Shown here: piece after piece, positions 37,846 through 48,533 of the stretch | How the letters are laid out: every line of letters begins with the position of its first letter | Position numbering within the stretch: the stretch's first letter is position 1 | NCBI RefSeq assembly: GCF_006345805.1 | Contig: NC_043000.1 | Location: forward strand, 99,324,001-99,388,000 | DNA from: Octopus sinensis | Lineage: Eukaryota | Direction of reading: 5' to 3' | DNA length: 64,000 nucleotides | Position numbers and translations under genes: made by a program | Notes under the pieces: generated by a model | What the model saw: the letters and a program-made list of their open reading frames with translations, nothing else | What the model was told of the DNA's origin: nothing | The model's database searches: none

Positions 37846-38176
37846 TGTTTGTTTGTTTGTTAGTTGAGCGAAGCGGTCTTCTCTGTAGTGGGAGAAGTCC
37901 GAAACGTGGTCCTTTGCTATTCGTAGAAGAGAAAGCAGGTCAACCCCCGACACCGAGAGCATCAACGAATGGATGAATGCGCATCGAGGCTCAGCGGTTG
38001 CGTAGGAAGTCGGGGACAAGAAACAGGACGAAAGAGTGAGAGAAAGTTGGGGCGAAAGAATACAACAGGGGTGGCTACCACCCCCTGCCGGAGCCTCGTG
38101 GAGCTTTAAGTGTTTTCGTTCAATAAACACACACAACACTCGGTCTGGGAATCGAAACCGCGATCCTCCGACCGCA
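37846..38176 (-). mobile_element. SINE family E: A-type head and core with a different 3' tail ending (ACAA)n
   Basis: Matches A up to CCTGTTTCT, then an unrelated GC-rich ~165-nt tail. The first ~35 nt of the head are missing. Confidence 0.8.
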
Positions 38177-38950
38177 ATGCTGCTGCTGTTGATGTTGTGC
38201 TCGTTTTGCTCTTGTTCTTATAATTGATGTTGGCCAAACAGAAGTAAATTCTTCAAGCCAAAACCAAGCCTTTTTTTCCAGGCATTGTGTACTGCAGACT
38301 ACGAAAATCCTATGCGTCATTCTTTATAAGAAGGTAGGATATAATTTTAGTAGAAAGCTGGCTTTTATTTCTAGCAGGTTGAATGATCACAAAATGGTTC
38401 CATCGTTGGCTTGAACATATAACCGATTTCACTGCTCCTGAATGGCGCTAGTTGAGTGATTAACCGTGAAATAACGTGTTATTCAATTCGCCGAATAAAA
38501 CCAACAACCGTCAGCTATTTTTGTATATCTGAACGTGTGTTTATGGTGTATGTGAGTATGCGTATGTGAATGTGTGTGTGTGTATTTGTACATGTGTGTG
38601 TGAGAGAGTCTGTATGAAAACTTAACCAACCATGTAAGAGAAACATTGGATTTTAATTCGATGAGGATTTAATAAACAATGCACAAAGATTTATAGAGAT
38701 GTTAATCTATTCAGATATGTATCTATACACTTGTGTATATATATACACACATACAGAATAACTTCAGCTTCACATGTGTGCGTACATTCAATATATATAT
38801 ATATATTATATATATATATATATTATATATATAATATATATATATATATATAATATATATATATATATATACACACATACATACATACATACATACACAT
38901 ACTTACACACATATATATTATACATATATATATACATACACATACATACA

Positions 38951-38982
<32 letters not shown>

Positions 38983-39270
38983 CAGCTATGCTGAGAAATA
39001 ACAGAGTAATCTTCAGAACGATTCATGGTAGTTTAATACATCAACTCTATTACAGAGAACAAGCTGACCCAATATATATCCTACAAGTGAGAGATGTACT
39101 CAGCGGCTTACCACATGGTCATTCGTGTTGGCCATGCACCAGACGGAGAGCTAAATGTGAGATTTCTTTCATTCTCTAACTCCCTATTATTACTACATAT
39201 ATATATATATATGTAAAATTTTGACGAGGTTGACTTTATCTTTCATCCCTTCGAGGTTCGATAAAATAAG

Positions 39271-39641
39271 GGGGAAGCACTCCGTCAGTTACGACGATGA
39301 GGGTTCCGGTTGATCCGAATCAACGGAACAGCCTGCTCGTGAAATTAACGTGTAAGTGGCTGAGCACTCCACAGGCACGTGTACCCTTAACGTATTTCTC
39401 GGGGATATTCAGCGTGACACAGAGAGTGACAAGGCCGGCCCTTTGAAATACAGGTACAACAGAAACAGGAAGTAAGAGTGAGAGAAAGTTGTGGTGAAAG
39501 AGTACAGCAGGGATCACCACCATCCCCTGCCGGAGCCTCGTGGAGCTTTAGGTGTTTTCGCTCAATAAACACTCACAACGAAACAGCGATCCTATGACCG
39601 CGAGTCCGCTGCCCTAACCACTGGGCCATTGCGCCTCCACC
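39271..39641 (-). mobile_element. SINE family A nested in a B2-type relic, with the B-box deleted
   Basis: 12-bp TSD CGATAAAATAAG at 39259-39270 and 39642-39653. 16 nt (CCCGGTCTGGGAATCG) are missing relative to other copies. Confidence 0.9.
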
Positions 39642-40067
39642 CGATAAAATAAGCAGCAGTTCAGCATTGAGGTCGATGTAATCGACTATCCCACCACCAC
39701 ACAATATTTCAGGTTTTACACCTAGTAGAAAGATTTACTATTCGTATTAATCTCATAAGGGGGCGCAAGCATGAGTGTAAAGTTGAGAAGCTTAGTTTGT
39801 AAACATGTAATTTGGGTTTCAATCCTACTGTGTGATACATTAAAGAATTGTCACCTGCACTTATTTTCATCAGCAACGCCGAAATAGCCGATAAAGCCAG
39901 CATCCCCACTGGCACTCACAACAACCTGAAAAGTCATTTCAACAGGCCCCTAAAAGGAATTCTACTGTGATTGAAGATTTTTTTGAAACGTGCCCCAGCA
40001 TACTCCACACAGTCTTGGTGTCGGGGCTACCAACATATGTGTGAGATATGGTTAGGAATATAATACC

Positions 40068-40200
40068 AGGTGGTGTCAAAACATTCCCAGATTAGTCATG
40101 TTTAATAAAACATAACTTATTTACTTAAGTTTTTGCATCATCTCCTTCGAAACAGTCACACAATTTGATGACTGGTACAGCTTGCTACCATTGCTGATAT
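40068..40200 (-). mobile_element. Possible mariner 3' end fragment
   Basis: DCFEG-like C-terminus on the minus strand and a TIR-like GGTGGTGTCAAAACATTCC. Confidence 0.3.
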
Positions 40201-40539
40201 CATCTCATAAGAACAACTGGACAGATTCACTTAGTTTGAATATTCTTTTGTGTTGTCCATCGCAACGGGAACTTTCGAAATATTTTTATCGTTAAAGACC
40301 TATGGACGCCATTCCTCCAAACTAAACACAAAGGGCATCGGGATTCTACTTACCTATAGTAATCTAAAATATAGTGATAGGCTACTTATCTTCCTTACTC
40401 AAACCGGTTATTTAGTTATATTAAGGACGACTTCTCTTTGTTATTGAGACTGGATATTACGCTGTAACTTCATTTGCTAAATAAAATCTTGGTATATATG
40501 ATTTCGATTTACATTATTTGTTAGTTCAAACTACACGCA

Positions 40540-41580
40540 CAAACATCACGTTGGAAATTGCTGCAGATTGAGAAAGCTATAAATTGTCTTAAGGATATTT
40601 GAATTTAACCAGTGAATAAGGTTTTTGCGAAACACCAATTTATAAGATGCATGCAACAACCAACAAAATCACTGAATCAATTTCTTCAAGCAAAAAATGA
40701 AACTTTACAGCAGTATTATAAGAACAGTCTACAAAAAACAATAAACAATAAGAGATGGCTTTATCTTAGGAATAATGGTGACAGACATAAAGCTATGCTT
40801 TCTCGGAAATAAAGCAGTATACTTGGAAATAGCAGTACTACAAGCCAAAGCAGACTTAGCTAAAAAACAAAAAATGCAGCTGCTTGAAACCCGATATCAT
40901 CATGAACATTATTACTATTCCAAAGTATGTTTGACAAGAAACTATTGCTTCTCAGAAGTGATATCATTTGAGGTGGGGGTATAAATAGATAATCGTAGAG
41001 AAGATGATGTACATCAAAAGATGTCATATATCGGTGATGTACATCTGAATGTACTAATCCGGCAGTAGGCCAATCTCTAATGAATTAATTTTCTCAAAGT
41101 TATTAAGTCCTTCAACTTTAGTGGAATTCACCTTACCTCGTGTATTCATTACTCTTTCTGCTAACAATCACTCAATGAAACTTTAATTGACAGTGAAAGC
41201 TCTGAAATTTTTAGTTGAGCTGATATTGCTAAGTCGACTGATTAACTCATTCATAGGCAACATTATAATGACATCAACACAGCTTTGTTTCCAAATTACA
41301 GGAATATGTGAAGTTGATACAGAGAAACTAATTGCCATACGCGTCCACAATTTCGTGTCACAGCATTCTTTAGTGGCATGTAAAATAAATGGCCCAAAAG
41401 CCCCTTGATTGTTGAGAAATGTTGCTTCTTAACAATTCTGTAACAGCCTTCACTAAATTTTAAGCTAAATTTTGCTATGTCTACGGAAAAGTATTCAATG
41501 CATGATTGCACCACGTACTTTAGAAAACGACCTAAACTATCTAGTCAAAGAATGTATCAGAAACCATCACGAACGAAACA
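40540..41580 (+). mobile_element. Gypsy-type LTR retrotransposon gag-protease remnant
   Basis: PVNKVFAKHQFIRCMQQPTKSLNQFLQ and LGNKAVYLEIAVLQA (gag-like); TLIDSESSEIF (degenerate aspartic protease D-S-G); GNIIMTST..ITGICEVD; EKYSMHD. Confidence 0.55.
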
Positions 41581-42025
41581 TGAAATAAAATTGACTCCTG
41601 ACAAGACAATTCTCTCTCCCTCTCTCCCTTACTTTCTCTTTCTTTCTTCCTCCTTCCCTTCTCTCTCTTCCTCCTCTCCCCCTCTCTCGCAATGGAAAAG
41701 AACAATCAATAAACGAATAACTTGCAATGTTAAAATATTCAAACTGAACTACTGCGATTCTCTCTCATTAATGCAACACAGTTCTGAATATGTGACTGAG
41801 CAACCTGTTGCTCAGACCTATGCGAAGGAGAACGTGGACAGACACGTTACTGAATGTGGTTAGAATTACACACCATTTTATAGCTGTACAACTGAGAAGC
41901 GGCCGACTACATAACTGTGACTATAGTTACAACTGCATCTGCAACAGATTTGTTCTCAGGAAAGAAAATAAATTGGGACTTTTCCAAACTAATATTTCAA
42001 CCTGTTTGCTTCTCTTTCAATACAA

Positions 42026-42215
42026 TGGCGGCGGGCTGGCAGAAACGTTAGCACGCCGGGCGAAATGCGTAGCTGTATTTCGTCTGCCGTTACGTTCTGA
42101 GTTCAAATTCCGTCGAGGTCGACTTTGCCTTTCATCCTTTCGGGGTCAATAAATTAAGTACCAGTTATGCACTGGGGTCGATGTAATCGCCTTAATCCGT
42201 TTGTCTGTCCTTGTT
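42026..42215 (+). mobile_element. SINE family B, 3'-truncated
   Basis: Head and central domain match 30389. Confidence 0.85.
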
Positions 42216-42364
42216 CAGGGTCAAGGGGAAAAAAAGACGAGTCATTCGTAGCCTTTTATCGTCAGTCAAGATGTCCTTACAATTTCAGGCAGTTACACTT
42301 GAGACTGTTCGATCTGGTTGCTCCCAAAAATGTCTAAGCTAAAAGCATTAGATTTTTTTGTAAG

Positions 42365-42468
42365 AAAGTTAGTGAATGTTGCGACGACAAAGACAAAAAT
42401 CTGAGAACATGGTACACAATTATATATGTATATATATATATAAATAAGAGAACAAAGTGTATGTACGC

Positions 42469-42506
<38 letters not shown>

Positions 42507-42619
42507 TATATATACAAAATGGGACAAGAACGCAAAACATCCGGACAACTAGGTGATACAAAAAGGGATAGTTGTCCGGATGTTTTGCGTTCTTGTCCCA
42601 TCTTGTATTATATATATAT

Positions 42620-42651
<32 letters not shown>

Positions 42652-42761
42652 GCGGCGTACATACACTTTGTTCTCTTATTTATATATATATATATACATA
42701 TATAATTGTGTACCATGTTCTCAGATTTTTGTCTTTGTCGTCGCACACATTCACTAACTTT
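42365..42761. repeat. ~400-bp near-perfect palindrome (fold-back) with a 17-nt loop
   Basis: Three unique modules and the (TA)n blocks are mirrored around the loop at 42552-42568. Confidence 0.95.
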
Positions 42762-42772
42762 ATATATATATA

Positions 42773-42812
<40 letters not shown>

Positions 42813-43410
42813 TATATATATTATATATATATATATATATATAGGCTTAATAATATTCGTACCACGCATACTGATGACATGATATATCTCTTACTAATTA
42901 AGGTTCAAATAGAAATAATTAACCGGTGATTCAATGAGTGAAGAATTTATTTGTAAAAAAGCCAAGTCATGAGAACGAGCAGCATGAGAACGATTCTCCG
43001 AGTACCACCGCTGATTGAGATGCCAAGCCACTACAACTTATAGCTGTCAGTCAAGAGTTGGCTCGAATTCTTTTGAAGAAACTTTGCATAATGATTCTTT
43101 TCTTCTTTTTTTGGGCGTGGCGGGAGCATGTAGGGGTAAAATATTCCTACAGTAACTCTGACTGGCAAAATATTTCTGTGTAGTTACAGTTGCTGTTTAT
43201 ACAACAAATTAGTTTCGCAAGCCCGTTTTCGTAATACTTCCCGATTGCAGGCTAGGATTTCTGGCTGTTATTTCGTATTCTGCTATCCATCGGGATGAGT
43301 TAGAATAGAATAGACATTCTTTATGTTCATTTAGCCTCAGCCCTTGCCGCCAGTTTTCGTGGATAATCATAGAATATCTAACTTTATATTAGTCCCTAAT
43401 GACCTACCCA

Positions 43411-43795
43411 GTGGAGGCGCAATGGCCCAGTGGTTAGGGCAGCGGACTCGCGGTCGTAGGATCGCGGTTTCGATTCCCAGACCGGGCGTTGTGAGGGTTT
43501 ATTGAGCGAAAACACCTAAAGCTCCACGAGGCTCCGGCAGGGGATGGTGGTGATCCCTGCTGTACTCTTTCACCACAACTTTCTCTCACTCTTACTTCCT
43601 GTTTCTGTTGTACCTGTATTTCAAAGGGCCGGCCTTGTCACTCTCTGTGTCACGCTGAATATCCCCGAGAACTACGTTAAGGGTACACGTGTCTGTGGAG
43701 TGCTCAGCCACTTACACGTTAATTTCACGAGCAGGCTGTTCCGTTGATCGGATCAACCGGAACCCTCGTCGTCGTAACCGACGGAGTGCTTCCAT
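43411..43795 (+). mobile_element. SINE family A, full length, young
   Basis: 14-bp TSD TAATGACCTACCCA at 43397-43410 and 43796-43809. Confidence 0.95.
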
Positions 43796-44306
43796 TAATG
43801 ACCTACCCATATACCTCTATGCATAAAGGGATGTTATTCTTTCCTGTTTTTCTTATTTCCATTTTCATATATCCACACTGATTTCGTCGCTGAATCTCCT
43901 TCGCTTACAGACTTTTATGATATGATTTCTAACATTGATACAATGCTACATTTTGAGGCGAGGATGAGATGAGAAAGTTTAGTTCAGTTGAGTTCCTCCT
44001 GTGCGCTTGAGCATATTGGGTAACAAGACGAAGCTACCGGTTTCTGTCGGCTGCAGTTTTCTCTGCATCTGATTATGTAATATTGACCTCTTTCATATCG
44101 GTTATGAATGTTCAATACCGTCTTCCTTTCTTTCTCTTTCCTTCCAGTGGTGTCCAGTTGAAAGCTGCTTTAGAATGGCATAGTTCTACTGGCCGAAGTA
44201 CGTGACCTGCCAGTATGAATTTTTGTTCTATGATGGTTTCGCTAAGAGTTCTTGTGTGGTCTCTCTTTAGAATGACTTCATTGGTTATGTAAGATGGGAG
44301 AAGTGA

Positions 44307-44625
44307 GGGCGCGTGGCTTAGTGGTTAGGGCATTCGGCTCATGATCGTAAGGTTGTGAGTTCGATTCCCGGCGACGCGTTGTGTCCTTGAGCAAGACACT
44401 TTATTTCACGTTGCTCCAGTCCACTCAGCTGGCAAAAATGAGTTGTACTTGTATTTCAAAGGGTCAGCCTTGTCACTCTCTGTGTCACGCTGATTATCCC
44501 CGAGAACTACGTTAAGGGTACACGTGTCTGTGGAATGCTCAGCCATATGCACGTTAATTTCACGAGCAAGCTGTTCCGTTGATCGTATCAGCTGGGACCC
44601 TCGTCGTCGTAACCGGCGGAGTCTT
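44307..44625 (+). mobile_element. SINE family D: different tRNA-like head and core with the family A 3' tail
   Basis: Head GGGCGCGTGGCTTAGTGG...GAGTTCGATTCCC and core GTGTCCTTGAGCAAGACAC. From TGTACTTGTATTTCAAAGGG onward it matches the A tail. Confidence 0.9.
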
Positions 44626-44968
44626 TAAAAAAAAAGATGGGAGGATACAGTCAAATAAATTGATCCCAGTGCTTAGCTATCGCTCTATTTTATAGAACCC
44701 GGAAGGATGAAAGACGAAGTCGATCAGGTCGCTACATGAACTCAGAACCTAAACAGACGTAACTAAATAGCTTATGAGTGACAGAATTGCTAGAGTGTCG
44801 GATAAAAATGCTTTGCCGTATTTTTTTCCGACTCTTTACGTTCTGAGTTCAAATACCGCTGAGACAAGCTGTGCCTTTAATATCTTCGTTGTCAACAAAA
44901 TGAAGTACCAATCATAGCTATAAGAAAACAATTTGCTTTTGTTATTTCCAGTTATATTCTTTTCTACT

Positions 44969-45355
44969 CTAGGCACAAGGACCGAAATTTTGGGGGAGGG
45001 AGCCACTCGATTAAATCGACCCCAGTACGCAACTGGTACTAAAGTTATCGGCCCTGAAAGGATGAAAGGCAAAAATCGACCTCGGAGGAATTTAAACTCA
45101 GAACGTAGCGGCAGACGAAATACCTATTTCTTTACTATCCACAATGGGCTAAACACAGAGAGGACAAACAAGGACAGACAAACGGATTAAGACGATTATA
45201 TTGACCCCAGTGCGTAACTCGTACTTATTTAATTGACCCCGAAAGGATGAAAGGCAAAGTCTACCTCGGCGGAGTTTGAACTGAGAACGTAGCGGCAGAC
45301 GAAATACCGCAAAGCATTTCGCCCGGCGTGCTAACGTTTTTGCCAGCTCGCCACC
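44969..45355 (-). mobile_element. Composite: full SINE B (45125-45355) joined to the 3' part of a B2 copy (44969-45124)
   Basis: On the minus strand the tail AAAGAAATA is followed by GGTATTTCGTCTGCCG, repeating an internal B/B2 position. Confidence 0.85.
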
Positions 45356-45995
45356 TTTCCAGTTGTATTGCGTTTAATAATGAATTAATTTTTTTAATTT
45401 CTAAAATACGTTATATTTAATATGGCCGTAGAGTTGACCTGGTACTTGGCCCGCATGAATAGTGAGTTTTTAATCTATTAATGCACATTCAGCACTTATG
45501 TCGTAATGTATTGTCAGGTATACAATACAGGGGTCAAAGGATCACTATAGTTGGGCCGTGCTTAAGGCATCAGTTGGATTTATTCTGACCCAGCCAAGAA
45601 GTCTGAGAATCTTTTTTTTCTTTTTTATATATATTTTTATGTTTTTCCTTCAGTTAACAGTAATAGTGAATGAAGTTAAAAATTCGTTCTCAGAAAGTTA
45701 AATATACTTCTAAATTATTGTGAGACATTATATATATATATATATATGACAGATACTAGACGGTTAGTATAAATGTCATGCTGTCTATTCAATTGCTAAT
45801 CGACTACGATCAATTTTTGATCTGTTTTTCTTTCTGTCTTCTCCAATAAACTTTGGAATTTCTGTCTTATGATTATTATTTTGTATCTTTATATCTTATC
45901 TTTTGCATGGCAAATTAAGGAAGTTCGTCAGGCGGTGGATCGTGAAGAGAAATCCAATGACAGAAGTCATGATTTCCAGAGGTCGATGGTTACAA

Positions 45996-46040
<45 letters not shown>

Positions 46041-46215
46041 AGATTAATTTTCTCATTCGTACACAAACATAATTCCTTATTTAAAAATTCTCAACTATAA
46101 CGAAATCATCTAAAGTTGAATCTAGCGCAAAGACTAAGAATATGGACACAAGCAGTATTCCACACGAATATCCACATATTTATATTAAGAATTTCATGAT
46201 AAAAATATAGAAATA

Positions 46216-46782
46216 TTGGGTTGTCCGGAAAGTTCGTGCCGATTTATAGTAGCTTCTCTTTCGACTTATTTTAGAACATGTTTGTGTCCATAAAATAGGA
46301 TTTGACTACACCACCATTTAGAGCACTGTTTAAGCTATCTTTTCGTGGAAGAAGGTTTATGTTCCTATAACCTGTGTTAATTCTGTAACCCTTTAAAATA
46401 AAAGATGAGAAGGTTCATTTTCGGCACTTGATGCTTTGGGAACCAGACAAAAATTGCTGCAGCTCGGCTGGGATGTGTTACCCCCACCCTCCCTATTTCC
46501 CAGATATTGCTCCTTCGGATTTCCACTTATTCAGGTCTCTGCAGAATAGTCATAATGGTGAAAATTTCAATTCCTTCGATGACGTAAAAAGATACCTTGA
46601 AGAATTCTTTGCCTTGAAACCACCCCAATTCTGGGAAGAGGGTATTTTCAAGGAAAAGGAAAGATGGAGACGTATTGTGCAACGAAATGGTTCAGATTTG
46701 GTTCATTAAAAATGTAATGGCAAGTATTTAGTGACCATTTACTTTCCTTTAAAAATCGGAACGAACTTTCCGGACAATCCAA
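46216..46782 (+). mobile_element. Internally deleted mariner element
   Basis: 30-bp TIRs (28/30 match), TA on both flanks, and C-terminal HPPYFPDIAPSDFHLFRSLQN...ERWRRIVQRNG joined directly to the N-terminal HFRHLML. Confidence 0.95.
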
Positions 46783-47041
46783 TATAAACATAACAATGAA
46801 ATACGAATATAAACATGAAAAATAAAAAGTTAAATTGAAAGAGGCGATTAAAATTTTTTTCCTAACCTGCAGCCGTTTCAGAAAAGTGGTTGTACGAAGT
46901 ATTCGAAATTCAGCCCTCCTTCCTCATGGTTCCTTTCTCGAGGTAAAATCCAGCAAAAAGCAGTAAGGCACTACATGTAAGTATTCAGTTGGTGAAAGTT
47001 CAGTTTTTGAGTATCGATGAATAAGTGACAGCATCATATTA

Positions 47042-48533
47042 ATTTCTTATTTCTTTATTGCCCACAAGGGGCTAACATAGAGTTGGACAATACATCATGA
47101 TTTGGGGTCAAGAGAAACGAATGGAGATTACATAAAAATGATCTTTAAAAATTTACACAAAATCGAAAAAAAAAATCGAAGAAATCGGATGATATACAAT
47201 TTTACAACACAACATAAAATGACACATGAAGTGGGAAAACCAGGATTGCCGACCCCACGAGCCCTGCTTTTCCCACTGAAACCCGACAGCTAACTCATAG
47301 CGTGTTCATGTGGCCACTTTCACTCGCAGCAATCGTGCGACACGCTTCCATCTTTTTTTCGAACTGACGTACTGACAGACACCTTTTCTCTAGCTCCACC
47401 TTTCTTTTTAGGTGAAACTTAAAAAAGTTCACCAAGGCGGAGCCAGAGATCATGATGCCTGTCTTTACACCTTTCGTTCTAGTCTTCCATATACACTCTT
47501 TCGCTACTGCTACTATAATGAGAAAGCAATGCTTACCTTCGCTTACCTTCAATTTTTATAATTGTCTCAGCCGATAGCTGTACTCTTCTTCCGTCCAACA
47601 ACAGGTGTTCTGCATATACCCACACGTCCGAAATTTCCGGACACTGAGCAATAGCGTGCGAGACTGTTTCCACGTCCCGCTCGCATCTTGGACAGTTCGA
47701 TGGTCCACCGTAACCATGCTTTTTGAGTTTATCCCGAACGGGTAAAGCTCCTCTGAAACATTGCCAGGTCAAAGACTTCTGAAAGTTATCCAGTGTCTAC
47801 GGCCCGAATGTCCTTCGGAACAGGCTGTCTAACTGATTCCTATCGAGGCCCAAGGTCCTTCCTAAGGCATCGTCATTTCCGGCCTCTACCAACCTGCTAT
47901 AAAAAGCTGCGGTGGTACCAAAGCCGCCGGCATTGCCTGACTTGCGGAAGTGGCAGAGTGCCTTATGGCACTCCGAATACCACATGCTGGTCCTAAGTCT
48001 GCGACGATACCAGGTTTCTCTGCCACCAAAACTGGCAAAGCTGTGGAACATCTGCCTCGCAAGCGGGGACCACACCCGTTCACCATCCAGGTAGAGCCAA
48101 AGATGCCTTAACCTCAGCGCATGTCTGCGCATCAACAGTCAAGGCATCCCTAACCCACCCTTTAACGGCTTCTGACAGCAAATAGAACGTCTTACAAGAG
48201 GAGGGGTTCCCTTCCACAAAAATTGAAAGATCTGCCTCTCCAACTTGTTTAAAGACGAATCCGGACAAGGGACGACGGTCAGGCGGTAAGTGATGACCGA
48301 TACTAAAAACACATTGGCCACCTCCTCCCTCCCTTTGAAGGATAGCCACCGCCCGGACCAAGTCCTGACCGCGTGAGCCACCTTGCTCGTCACCTCAGAC
48401 CAGTTCTTTTCTATCTGGAGATCTGGACCAAACCAGATCCCTAGCAGCTTAACCGGGCCTTCCGTCCAGCATCCCACGATGATATTCGAAGGCATCGACT
48501 TGCCCCTCCAGGTGCCGAGTTGCAAGCCGATTG
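47042..48533 (-). mobile_element. 5'-truncated Tx1/L1-clade LINE
   Basis: VKLLGIWFG thumb, GGLGMP and zinc knuckle CPRCERDVETVSHAIAQCP; stop at 47295, then an ~250-nt 3'UTR ending AATAAAGAAATAAGAAAT. In-frame stops are present. Confidence 0.9.

Noticed and set aside
37880-37920. CUGUAGU-GGA/UCC-GAAAC-GUG-GUC (plus) as a hammerhead
   Set aside because: Two core mismatches, no stem I, and antisense to the SINE it lies in.
43411-43490. SINE heads (families A-E) as tRNA genes
   Set aside because: A- and B-boxes are present, but acceptor stems do not close, and each runs into a repeated body, with TSDs in full-length copies.
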